Part shown: positions 13,351-25,837 of the stretch, piece by piece
Layout of the letters: each line of letters starts with the position of its first letter
How positions within the stretch are numbered: the stretch's first letter is position 1
From: Octopus bimaculoides
Lineage: Eukaryota
Length of the DNA: 64,000 nucleotides
Assembly: GCF_001194135.2 (NCBI RefSeq)
Contig: NC_068982.1
Coordinates: forward strand, 32,179,853 to 32,243,852
Direction: 5' to 3'
Translations under genes and position numbers: made by a program
Notes under the pieces: model-generated
What the model saw: only the letters and a program-made list of their open reading frames with translations
Databases searched by the model: none
Told to the model about the DNA's origin: nothing

Positions 13351-14044
13351 GAGAAAGAAAGAAAGCAACATATATTATTATTTTGTTTTAATTATTTATT
13401 GTTCTGTTCGCTGTATTTAATAATTTTCTCAGTCTCCACCTGTTTTTTGCTTTAGGATTTATGATCAGTTATCTGTGTGCAATTTCTGTTCCTGTTTATA
13501 TGCATGTATGGGAGTATGCGTGCGTTCAACATACATACACGCGCATACCCATAAACGTACATCCATCCGCATATATAATATATGTATATAAGTGTATGTG
13601 TGTATCTGTATGTGTAGGTGAACAGATGCGCATAAATACATATATACATCCATTCATCCATATACATACATACACATGCACACTTCCAAATACAAATAAG
13701 CCAAATAACACTTCAGACACGATCTCCACGTGCTGCAAGTACATTCAGTTACAATTGCAGAATTAATTCGGTATTTAAAAAGCAGAAATCTCGGCCTATG
13801 AATAACTTTAGTCTGAATCGCCCAAAAATAATCAGAAATTTTAAAGACAACATCGTCTACTTAAAACTAAATTGAAATTAACTGTAAATGAAACTCGTGA
13901 AAAGTAAGTCTCCTTCGTCTAAATCGTAACTATAGCTACAGTAGACAGCGAGGTACTTTTTGGTTATCTCACCCCCATTAAAAATTTGGGTTATCTCCCC
14001 CAACTAAAAAATATTGTTTAACCCTCAGTAAAACAAAAAAAAAT

Positions 14045-14180
14045 TTAAAAACTAATAAACCTGAAAAGCGAAAAGATTAAACGTCTTATTGAATCTGATA
14101 ATATCTTTATAATAAATCATACAAAACTGAAAAAATTAATAAACATAAAAAGCGAAAAGATTAAGCGTCTTATTGTATCC
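14045..14180. repeat. Two-copy tandem repeat (about 95-bp period)
   Basis: TAATAAAC..AAAAGCGAAAAGATTAA.CGTCTTATTG occurs at about 14053 and 14148. Confidence 0.75.
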
Positions 14181-14799
14181 ATGATCCGAACTACTAATGC
14201 CTTCATTCACTGACAGTAGACCTCGGCATTTTCCTCTACTTATGTTTGTTTTATTAATCTTTTCCCTACCTTTGAAACAAAGATATTGTTTCCTTCTGTA
14301 CCTTACGACCTCTGTTAACCAAGCGAAATTTCAACTCGACCTTTCGTGTCCTCCTTCATAATTAATCCTGTCAATCTCGAGTATATTAGAGAGGCAAACG
14401 GTAGTTATTCAGATTTGCATCCTACAAACACATCATTGAACTGTCTCACTTTCTTCAGATCAAAGCTGCTTCTACCACCGTCATTACTTCACTACATCGG
14501 CAACAACCACAGCGAGAATCCATCGCTACCGCTCGCAACTACAGGTGACCAACTAGCTTCTTTGTCATAGCACGCAAATATTTAACTGAGGTACATTGTC
14601 AGTGTTGCCACGTAAGTGTAGATATATACTTTTAAACCATCAAGCATTCTCATATCACCTACCAAACACACACCCTTGAATCGTTAAAGATTCAGAATAG
14701 AAGATTATTTAATATGTTTACACAGTATTATATACAACAATACACACTGTTCACAATATAACGATCTCTCTACTTGAAAAACACAACGGCATAACATTA

Positions 14800-16120
14800 T
14801 AACAATTTTTTTTAATAAACAGACTTGTTCACTAAGAAAACAGTACATGGCCCCTGAAGCAAAAAACATAGAACTCACAAGGAATACACCTTTGTAAGGG
14901 CTTGTCATGAAGTGCAGGCAAGTTTTTTTACTTCTCACCCTTAAAGACTGTCTATGCAATCCAGATGGAAGAAATCCTCAAAGACCTTTTGCATTAAATA
15001 TAGAAAACATCAGCTGTAAAAACCAATCAAGACATTAGGACGTCATTACCAACCGTGAGGAAATGTTTTTTAGATGTACAGGGTGTCCACAAAGTCTGGG
15101 TACATGTGGATTAACACATACTTTAAGAAATTATTATTTTTTATATCTAATTGTTTATGTTATGATTTTATTTACTCCATGTACCCAGATGGGGATTAAC
15201 ACATACTTTAAGAAATTATTATTTCTTATATTTAATTGTTTATGTTACGATTTTATTTACTCCACGTACCCAGACCTTGTGGACACCCTGTAGATTCTCG
15301 ATAGGCATGCTATGTTATCTAAAATAACATGGAATCCAGTGGAAAAAAAAAAGAATGTCAAATAAAGATGAACGTATTGAAGCAGATGAATGAAAAGAAT
15401 CTAATAAAAATTGGTAGATTCTAAGAATAAAAACTGCAACCTAATAAAAAACAATCGATCTGATATTGTTGTCTAGAACAACAAAATATCGAGGAAATCT
15501 GCCGCTCACTTGACATAAATATAAGAAAATAAACACCATCTTTGGACCACTAGTAAGGGGTTTTAAAAATTAAGTACCTAAAATATATTTTCAGCTTTGT
15601 ACACTCTATTATTCAAACAACAGGATATACATCAAATGTTCTGGGACTTGAACTCAGAGTGTGCTACGCGTTAACTGAATATTGTATGTTATTTTGTTCG
15701 ATCGATAGTCCAAAGATTCTGCCGTGGAAAGTACTATGACATAAGGTATAATATATAATGTTAACATAGGTATCGTTGAACGGTTAAGAAGTTCTTTTTG
15801 CAACCATGAAGCTCAAGCATAGATCTCACTAAGTTGAATCTTGTAGAAGTAAAGTATCTTTGCCATTGCTTTGAGTCCACTGAATGCTCGTGAGTGAATT
15901 TTGGAAAGCGGAAACTGTACTGCAGTCTGTTGGATAGACTGTACTTGGAATGCAAAAGACCAGCTTTGACGCACTATATCAGGCTGATTCTGTTTGAGAA
16001 TTATATTAAGAGTACACGAAGCTATGAATACTAAGCCACTTAGGCTGGTAATTTAATTGAATAGCTGCCCTGTTGATCGAACAAGTGAACGCTCAGGCTT
16101 TGAAATCGACCGAAGAGACT
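14800..16120 (-). pseudogene. Decayed leucine-rich-repeat protein gene relic (LRR units plus LRRCT-like cap)
   Basis: Open frame 16052-15816 reads ..LSKIHSRAFSGLKAMAKILYFYKIQLSEIYA*; later VLDNNIRSI, IENLHLKN across the MITE site, CLDWFLQ..*GFLPSGLHRQSL..TC; many stops and frameshifts. Confidence 0.5.
15079..15290. mobile_element. Tc1/mariner-type MITE, 212 bp, TA TSD, internal tandem duplication
   Basis: TA-CAGGGTGTCCACAAAGTCTGGGTAC ... GTACCCAGACCTTGTGGACACCCTG-TA. Confidence 0.92.
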
Positions 16121-16316
16121 AGCAATACAATATAGTAAAATGTAATACATTATGGTACATATGTACTAAAGATATAAATCGATATATATATAAATATAAA
16201 TGTATATACGAAGATACACACACGCGCGTGCTTGAGCACATATATTTTTTCATACACAATGCATTCAGATGGTTGCACACTCACATTGGTGCACAAACAT
16301 ATGTAGACATACGATA

Positions 16317-16358
<42 letters not shown>

Positions 16359-16477
16359 TCAAATGCGCCTGTGAATACATGTAAGTATGTATGTGCATTA
16401 ATTCGTTGTGTATGATATATATAATCGTGTGTGTGCGTGCATGCGTGTGTGAGTGAGTGTGTGTGTGAGAGAGAGAG

Positions 16478-16514
<37 letters not shown>

Positions 16515-17421
16515 GCGTGCGTGTACTTGTATGCAAATACTGTCGTATATATGCCGCCCTCTCTTTTACACACCTGTACATGCAGATAGAAAGACACAGA
16601 TACACAGATAATAGCTGATCGTAAATCTTGAAAGAAAAAATACAGGTGGAAATTGAGAACATTATCTAGTCATATGACAGAGTAATATACAATAAATAAC
16701 GACCACAGCAAAAACTCTCACGCACGCGCGAATACGTACCAACATGATGTATATCTATACTATAATGGAGAAAGCGGCTTATTAATTAGGTAGGTAACAC
16801 TTACTAAATGTACTAAAAGAAAGCAATTGTTAAAGGGTTGGCCATCTGGAAATATTTTTATAAATTCATGTTCTCAGAAATTTCCTTTAATTTCGATTAC
16901 TCAAGTTTCTTGAATTTTTTAACATCAATTTCTTCACTGCGTCCAATTCACAAATTTAAATATTCATTGCATTCACTGATGAGCATTCCATTCCCATTTG
17001 CAAAGTCTCTCACTTTTAAGTTTTAATTCGTTATTTGGAAAACCGACAGTTTATTCTATTAAGATATACGTAATTTATTATTTACTGAATGAACCTTTTT
17101 TAAATACTCGTATAATTTTTGAACGCGGGATAGCTGTGAGAAGAACCTTGGGATCTTTTTTAAAACGGGGGCCACATTTTTCATTAATGTTTTACGTAGT
17201 GCTTTTGGTACCGAAAGACTTTCAAACTTCGTATACTTATCTATTTTGTGTTATAGAACAGAAAAATATTTTTGTATTCGAATTTATTTCATGTAAAAAA
17301 TTGTCTTATTTCGATAATTTCAACCAATCACTGACGTCCATTCAGCCGATATACATTAAGTGCCGACTACATAAACAAACGATTCTTCGTTTTATTTGCT
17401 TTTTTCATTTTAAATTTGCTT

Positions 17422-17491
17422 TAACCCTAACCCTAACCCTAACTCTAACCCTAGGGTTAGGGTTAGGGTTAGAGTTAGGGTTAGGGTTAGG
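17422..17491. repeat. Interstitial telomere-like palindrome (TAACCC)5-(GGGTTA)6+ running into a gap
   Basis: Direct reading; centre CCCT|AGGG at 17452/17453. Confidence 0.92.
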
Positions 17492-18143
17492 NNNNNNNNN
17501 NNNNNNNNNNNNNNNNNNNNNNNNNNNNNNNNNNNNNNNNNNNNNNNNNNNNNNNNNNNNNNNNNNNNNNNNNNNNNNNNNNNNNNNNNNNNNNNNNNNN
17601 NNNNNNNNNNNNNNNNNNNNNNNNNNNNNNNNNNNNNNNNNNNNNNNNNNNNNNNNNNNNNNNNNNNNNNNNNNNNNNNNNNNNNNNNNNNNNNNNNNNN
17701 NNNNNNNNNNNNNNNNNNNNNNNNNNNNNNNNNNNNNNNNNNNNNNNNNNNNNNNNNNNNNNNNNNNNNNNNNNNNNNNNNNNNNNNNNNNNNNNNNNNN
17801 NNNNNNNNNNNNNNNNNNNNNNNNNNNNNNNNNNNNNNNNNNNNNNNNNNNNNNNNNNNNNNNNNNNNNNNNNNNNNNNNNNNNNNNNNNNNNNNNNNNN
17901 NNNNNNNNNNNNNNNNNNNNNNNNNNNNNNNNNNNNNNNNNNNNNNNNNNNNNNNNNNNNNNNNNNNNNNNNNNNNNNNNNNNNNNNNNNNNNNNNNNNN
18001 NNNNNNNNNNNNNNNNNNNNNNNNNNNNNNNNNNNNNNNNNNNNNNNNNNNNNNNNNNNNNNNNNNNNNNNNNNNNNNNNNNNNCTTCAACAGTGACACA
18101 CTCGCGCTCACACAGAGATACATATACACACAAATAAAAGGCA

Positions 18144-18188
<45 letters not shown>

Positions 18189-18769
18189 GCTTACTGACAA
18201 AACTTCGTGCTGCATTACTTTTGCAAAGTTTTGTCAGTGAACACGTCGCGCTTTCAAAATGAAGAAAATATCTTGACACAAATGAAATTTTAATGTTGAA
18301 GTGAAACTGGTACTACTTAAATACAGGTGTGCGTGGGTGGGTGGGTGTGTATGTGTGTACGTGTGTGTGTGTATATATATGTTTGTGTGTTTGTGTTTGT
18401 CCCCCCACCATCGCTTGACANNNNNNNNNNTAATTTCTAAACAGAAACAATCGGGGGCAGGCAGTGGGGTTGCAAAAAAAATTCATAATTTCTCAAATTT
18501 TCTTTTTTAAAGCATATAAATGTATTTATGGGGAGGGGGCGAATATTGAAAAACATCAATACATGCAATAGTGATAAAGAAACGAGGGGGTTCTATTAGG
18601 ATATGCTAGAAACAATGGCCAAATAGCCCTTAAATCACTCACTTTTCCCTCTGAAAATATTAACAATTTTTAAGAACTTTGTTCCATTGATTTTATGTCC
18701 TGATAGAAACAGTCTCCCTTCTTGCCACTTGTGTTACCAATATTTGTCGAAGTTAAATCTTGCTGACTT

Positions 18770-19443
18770 CAGTTTTATGCTCATATTTGCTTCCAACTTT
18801 TGAAAGTTCTCCAGCATGTTGTCGTCTATTTTGGCATAGTTGGCTGCTTTCTTGTTGCCTAAAAAAATCTCTAACAACTAGTACAAATAAATTCAATGTT
18901 GCTGCTTCAATGCATTTCATTGAATTTACAAAGTTCCGACCTTTCATCAGTTTTCTGATTTGAAGCCCATTAGATACTCCAGTTTTTATCGTTTCACTGC
19001 TCAAACGGGGAAATGGGTTGCATATACGCGAAAGCATGATCCAGAGCTTTAACAAACTGCTTCATAATGCCAAATTTGATATGTAGCTGAGGAAGATTGA
19101 TGTTTCCCGGTTGAACTAAATATTTTTCAAGCAAATTTTTAAAAGCTGGAACAAATGTTCGTTGAGGCAATTCATTAATCACCGAGTGTTTTCCTCTGGC
19201 TCTGCTTTTCCCATAGACATAAAAGGCATGGATATTTAGTGTATTTATTTCGTTGCTCCAGTAAAAAAAGTGACCATCTTAAAGTCAATGCATATCACCC
19301 GTTGATGGTTGGGAGTGGGAATCTTGAAATTTAGATAGGATGATAAAAAGATGGATTTCCTTTTTGAATTCAGCATACAAAAATAAAGAATAGTTTCAAG
19401 TCAGATAAAAGCGTCTTGATAACAAGATACCCATTGGGTTGTG
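18770..19443 (-). mobile_element. CMC/Chapaev-3-like DNA transposon relic (internally deleted, frameshifted transposase)
   Basis: Minus-strand motifs HQRVICIDFKMV..YTKYPCLLCLWESRAR, LPQLHIKFGIMKQFVKAL, FPRLS..GLQIRKLM, GNKKAANY..NMSIK; CAC terminus at 19443 followed by TAA. Superfamily label from motif recall. Confidence 0.7.
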
Positions 19444-19668
19444 TAATCAGCCTAAAGAAGCTGTAAGTTTCGAAGCAATTGTCCATAATAATTCACATTT
19501 CTCACTGATTTTGCAATATCCATATCTGTAAAGCAGCCGACCTTTATGTCTCCATAAGTTTTCTATTCTATTCCACACAATTATATCATTGTTATGTTTG
19601 CACCGGTGGAAGTTTTAATAGAGTTATTTTACCAGAAATCTTTGTGTTGTAATTCATATATATATATA

Positions 19669-19820
19669 GCGAGAGAGCGAAACGATAAGGAATGGAGCAA
19701 TAATTAACAATGAGAACTGGATCATTGGTGTTGCTAATTTAATGTAATTAAACAATGACTTTAAAAGACCAGTGATCCACTTCTCATTGTAAATTATTGC
19801 TCCATTTTGTTATCGTCTCT
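19669..19820. mobile_element. Palindromic MITE inserted in (TA)n
   Basis: Arms 19682-19729 and 19768-19816 are reverse complements (ACGATAA..AATGGAGCAATAATT.ACAATGAGAA.TGGATCA.TGGT). Confidence 0.85.
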
Positions 19821-20368
19821 ATATATATTAAACCACAGGTTTACCTTTAAATTACCTACTACCGTATACCTTACAACGAGGACTATACATACTGAGGTAA
19901 TACACCAGGAGTGTCTACGGATACATCTATCCCTTAGATGGTTGAATAACCTCTAACTTATATCTTACTGTGTGTGTGTGTGTGTACTGTATACTTTATA
20001 TTTATCGCTAAGGTTGGCATTGTATATTGTTTTAGCAATAACATTATGCCGCTTTTTAGACCGTGGCTGATGAGATGAGCAATATATTCAATACAAATGT
20101 GACTTAATCGGTATTTTAAGTTACATCTTTGATATTTCATAGTTTCATAGAGGATTTTCTGAATATTTTACACAACCCAGCATTCTTAGGTAACACTTAC
20201 ATCTGTTGGGCTGCTGACCACAGTGCATTATTCCCTGCCTCATAAAATCTTTAACAAGATCTGCTGTGTTTTATAGCGGTTTCTTGTTTTTATTGCAGTG
20301 TTGCACCAGTATTTTTTACTTTAAAGTTGTGCTTATATATTGATTCACAGTTTTCATATTATTGACTA

Positions 20369-20510
20369 TTATGAACATTTAAACCAGTCAACATTGAAAC
20401 TTTTAAACATGTTTTTCCAATTCATAATTTTAAATTTCTCTGTTATGAACATTTAAACTTGTCAACATTGAAACTTCTAAACATGTTTTCTAATTCTTAA
20501 TACTAAATTT
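20369..20510. repeat. Two-copy 74-bp tandem repeat
   Basis: TTATGAACATTTAAAC..GTCAACATTGAAACTT starts at 20369 and 20443. Confidence 0.85.
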
Positions 20511-20883
20511 TTACCATTGATAAACAAAAAATATTGTTGAAACTAGTCTAGTATATATGTAAATAAATTTATTTCAAAACAATTAGAAGTTTTTCAAATT
20601 TAGGTACATTTTCAACAAATTTGCCTATATATATATNNNNNNNNNNNNNNNNNNNNNNNNNNNNNNNNNNNNNNNNNNNNNNNNNNNNNNNNNNNNNNNN
20701 NNNNNNNNNNNNNNNNNNNNNNNNNNNNNNNNNNNNNNNNNNNNNNNNNNNNNNNNNNNNNNNNNNNNNNNNNNNNNNNNNNNNNNNNNNNNNNNNNNNN
20801 NNNNNNNNNNNNNNNNNNNNNNNNNNNNNNNNNNNNNNNNNNNNNNNNNNNNNNNNNNNNNNNNNNNNNNNNNNNNNNNNNNN

Positions 20884-21005
20884 CCGTATGGTTCCGGTTT
20901 CAGTCCCACCGCATGGCACTTTGGGCAAGTGAATTCTGCTATAGCTTCAGGCCGACCAAAGCCTTGTGAGTCGACTTAGTAGTCGGAAACTGAAAGAAGT
21001 ATATA

Positions 21006-21036
<31 letters not shown>

Positions 21037-21262
21037 ATATATGTATGTATGTATTTATTCGTGTGTTTGTGTTTGCGTTTGTCCCTTCACCATCGTTTGA
21101 CAACCGATCTTGGCGTGTCTATGTTCCCGTAACTTAGTGGTTCGGCAAAAGTACCGATAGAATAAGTACCAGGCTTACAAAGAATAAGTACAGGGGTCGA
21201 TTTCTTCGACTAAAAGGCGGTGCTCCAGCATGGCCATGACTGAAACTAGTGAAAGTGAAAGT
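20884..21262 (+). mobile_element. SINE family A
   Basis: B-box-like GGTTTCAGTCCC head, central microsatellite, GCGGTGCTCCAGCATGGCC..GACTGAAAC tail. Confidence 0.88.
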
Positions 21263-21289
21263 TATATATGCGTGCGCGTGCGCGTGTGT

Positions 21290-21535
21290 GTATCTGTTTG
21301 GCCCCCATCACTGTTTGACAACAACCGTTGTTGGTGTGTCTGAGTTCCCGTAACTAAAGCAGTTCAGCAAAAGTTACCGATAGAATAAGTACCAAACTCA
21401 AAAATAAAGAAAAGCAAAAAATAAAAAAATGCACTGAGGTCGATTCAATCGGTTAAAAATTCTTTTAGGTTCTGCTCCAGCTTGACCGCAGTTTAATGAC
21501 TGAATCAAGTAGATTATAAAACAAAAGATAAAAAG
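21290..21535 (+). mobile_element. SINE family A second 3' half
   Basis: TTTGACAAC..CCCGTAACT..CCGATAGAATAAGTACC..AATGACTGAA. Confidence 0.75.
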
Positions 21536-21802
21536 TTATAACACAAATTATGTATTAGTGAAATGTATAGGTTTCTACATTGAGAAAGCCATGTATTTTG
21601 TCTACCGAAGTATCTGTTCGTGTGTTTTCATTAATAACTGATTACAACAAGTTCTTCATTAAATATATGTCCGTCTTTTGTTTCCATTCTTAATAGGTTT
21701 TCATATGAGATTTCAGCTGCTGCTTTCGCTAATGCGACAATTTCAATGTACATTCCACCTTTTCTCTTAGTAACAATTTAAAATTAAGACGATGTATTTG
21801 TA

Positions 21803-21842
<40 letters not shown>

Positions 21843-22206
21843 TGTGTTTGGGTGTGTGTGTGTGTGTGTNNNNNNNNNNNNNNNNNNNNNNNNNNNNNNN
21901 NNNNNNNNNNNNNNNNNNNNNNNNNNNNNNNNNNNNNNNNNNNNNNNNNNNNNNNNNNNNNNNNNNNNNNNNNNNNNNNNNNNNNNNNNNNNNNNNNNNN
22001 NNNNNNNNNNNNNNNNNNNNNNNNNNNNNNNNNNNNNNNNNNNNNNNNNNNNNNNNNNNNNNNNNNNNNNNNNNNNNNNNNNNNNNNNNNNNNNNNNNNN
22101 NNNNNNNNNNNNNNNNNNNNNNNNNNNNNNNNNNNNNNNNNNNNNNNNNNNNNNNNNNNNNNNNNNNNNNNNNNNNNNNNNNNNNNNNNNNNNNNNNNNN
22201 NNNNNN

Positions 22207-22279
<73 letters not shown>

Positions 22280-22542
22280 AACATGCACAAATACACGCAT
22301 ACCTACATATATACATACATGCAACCATGCATGCGTGCATAATATAATTGTGTATGTATAAATATGTATATATCATAATGATTTTTGTATATGTGTATAT
22401 GTTCAAGACAATGTACAGCCGTACATTTCTGAATATCGTGTTGTGTGTTTAATTGCATTTTAATGTGCTTGCATCCGTGTGTATGTGCATGCATCTCCGT
22501 GTGCGAGTGTGTGTGTATGCGAGAGAGACAGGGAGAGAGAGG

Positions 22543-22575
<33 letters not shown>

Positions 22576-22827
22576 TGTGTGTGTGCGTGTGTGTGTAGGT
22601 TTGAATAGAGTTAAAATTTAACAAAATGTTTCTATTTGTGTATACATACTGTGTTCGTGCATCGTGTGGTGATTATCTCGTTGTTTTTGTTACTTGTTGA
22701 TGAGGTATGAGCGCCTGTATTCAGTAAAATATAGTTAAAAATTATGTGCGTCTATGTTTATATTGTATGTGTGGGTTTGTAATAGTATAGTCGTTATTAT
22801 TTGGCTATACTTGCACATGATGTGTGA

Positions 22828-22864
<37 letters not shown>

Positions 22865-24454
22865 TGTGTGTGTGTGTGCGTGCGCGTTGATAGCTAAATA
22901 GGTTTACACTTGTGTAAGTGAATAGGCTCATGGTTATGCAAATGATGCATGTGTATATGTGTGTATGTGTATGTCTCTGTGTGTGTACGACTGAATACAT
23001 GATGAGGTGATTGTGTTAGTAGGTGATTAATTATATATTGGTGCATTCTTGGGTACGTGTATATGTGCCAGCTTGCATGTGTATGTATGTATCTAGAATC
23101 ATGAACATGTGGCCGTAATTTATATTAATAGTAACCTTATGCATGTCTTTTTTAAAAATTTGTGTGTATTTATCAATGATTTAACGCGGCTAATTAGATA
23201 TTTGCGTCTAATTGTGTTTAACATGCATATCTGAGTGTTTCCACTTGAAAAGCATTTGAAACACTATTTTAAATCAATGAATGTATGTTTAGATGCAGGG
23301 TCTGTACGAAAATGATTCAAACAGCATGTATACATGCAGGGCCAGCTCAAGATACCAGCAGCTCGGGTGATCGCCCGGGGTGCCATGTACNNNNNNNNNN
23401 NNNNNNNNNNNNNNNNNNNNNNNNNNNNNNNNNNNNNNNNNNNNNNNNNNNNNNNNNNNNNNNNNNNNNNNNNNNNNNNNNNNNNNNNNNNNNNNNNNNN
23501 NNNNNNNNNNNNNNNNNNNNNNNNNNNNNNNNNNNNNNNNNNNNNNNNNNNNNNNNNNNNNNNNNNNNNNNNNNNNNNNNNNNNNNNNNNNNNNNNNNNN
23601 NNNNNNNNNNNNNNNNNNNNNNNNNNNNNNNNNNNNNNNNNNNNNNNNNNNNNNNNNNNNNNNNNNNNNNNNNNNNNNNNNNNNNNNNNNNNNNNNNNNN
23701 NNNNNNNNNNNNNNNNNNNNNNNNNNNNNNNNNNNNNNNNNNNNNNNNNNNNNNNNNNNNNNNNNNNNNNNNNNNNNNNNNNNNNNNNNNNNNNNNNNNN
23801 NNNNNNNNNNNNNNNNNNNNNNNNNNNNNNNNNNNNNNNNNNNNNNNNNNNNNNNNNNNNNNNNNNNNNNNNNNNNNNNNNAGTGGGATCAACAAAAGAT
23901 TACTTCATCCAATGAGAGAGATTTAATATACAAAGAATTTAAATGTGAGCTACCGTAAGTTTTATACCACCGGTAATACATCAGTTGGACGAGCTTGTAT
24001 AGCATGCCGTGTATTATTGGGCAATCATCCAGTTTCAAAATATACTATGGCTGATCTCTAAGAAAAAGCGAGAAAGAATGGAAAAGAAAGAAAGGAAAAA
24101 GTAAATGGATAAAAGAACGAGAAAAATGCATGGAGGGAAGATAGAGAAGGCTTGTTCCTTTTGCCCGTTAGAATAGTAGTTAATAAAGTTTGGATCTAGA
24201 TTCGAGATTTTCACTAAATGCAAACATCTAAATAAGTATATATTTTCGAACCCAGTTCAGTATGCCGTCTAACAAACTTTAACCTTCCCTCGTCGAAATA
24301 ACAACACCAACCATTGTTAATTCTCATTCTAACGCTCTAAAGAGAAACAACCTTTATCTCCCTTTCCTCCCTTCTGTACCATTTACATTGTATGTTATTT
24401 TTCTTCTTGTATTGAGTGAAGATTCAAATTCAGTTTTGACTTTTCCCTCCATTA

Positions 24455-25837
24455 TATACATAGACATGACAAAAGTAAATAGACAGCCCATAAAACCTCG
24501 TTTTATGCTTATTCTAGCTTGTAACGGTTTGTATTTTTTATTAATCAACATGTTTATGTTTCAGGTTCTGAATATGACTGTTTAATCATGTCATGTACAA
24601 AAGAAGCCTTGGAACTGTCTGAATCTCAAAGTGGCCATGTTGTGGATCAATCTGAAGCTGGACATAGCATAAAATCGCAGAAAATCTTTGGATCCCACTT
24701 TCTATAGTTAATAGAGTGATTGTGCAATTCACTAGAGAGGGGAATGAGTCCACATCGCTTCGTCCAGGTTGACCAGGGTTCTTTGACAGGATCCTTCTTT
24801 TGTTGAGAGACGTGTGGTGGATAATCCTCGTTGCAAGGCATCTGTCACAGCAGAACACGTTGGTGTCAGTCCCAAAACAGTTGTCAGGTATCTCTACAAA
24901 CTTGGCTACTATGGCAGAGCAGCAAGAAGGAAGCCACTTCTTTGACCAGCCAAGCAGAGAAAAGATTGAGCCAGTGAGATGTTGGAGAGGCCACTAGCAT
25001 TTTGGGACACTGTCATATTTTCCAACAAGTCCAGATTTGCTGTATTTTCTTAAAGTAGTCGAGTGTGGGTCTGGAAACTGTGATCAAGAATTTGACAAGA
25101 AAAGATTGCAGCCAACAATGAAATATGGCAGCTATTCTGTGATGGTCTGGGGAGCAATTTGGAACAATGGTCAATCAGTGTTTGTGGACTGTGAGGCAAA
25201 CATAAACTCAGATGTATCCATATTGCAGAAAGGACTCCTTCCAATCTTCTCCAGTGGTGAAATGATTAAAGAAGACACTTTATTGGTGAAAGATGGGGGC
25301 TTCGTGTCACACAGCTGAAATGACCCAAGATTTATTGGATGAGAATGACATTAAAAAGCTTCCATGGCCAAGCAAGTCACCAGATATAAACCCTATTGAA
25401 CATCTCTGGGGCATAATAGACAGAACACTGCATAAAAATAACAAGAAAGCATCTTCAACGCCAGATCCTTTGAGATTACTGCATGAAACTTGGCAAGAAA
25501 TTCCTCAAGAGAATATTCGTCATCTGTTCATTAACATGCCTAATAGGATCCTTGCATTGAAAAATGCAAGGAACATGTCTACTAAATATAAAATATTCAC
25601 ATTATAACAATTAATTTGAATCTATAATTTCAGATTTAAATGAATTTTAACGATTGTAAGTGTGTCTATTTACTTCTGTCATGTCTGTGTACATATTAAT
25701 CTTTCATAAAAAGCATAATGCACTGGTTCTTTTCAAACTGTAGTTAAAAATTCTATATTTGTTGTTTCTGTTTTTTTTTCTGTTTTCTTTTTTGCATCAT
25801 CTGTGTACACATGTTTCAACATATTTCATCAGCCCTG
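24455..25837 (+). mobile_element. Tc1-like DNA transposon relic
   Basis: Frameshifted transposase: N-terminal HTH-like segment from about 24586, LQPTMKYG..VMVWG, DGASCHTA, WPSKSPDINPIEHLW; right TIR ends TCATCAGCCCTG at 25837; inner repeat GACATGACA.AAGTAAATAGACA at 24463 and inverted at about 25665. Confidence 0.9.
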
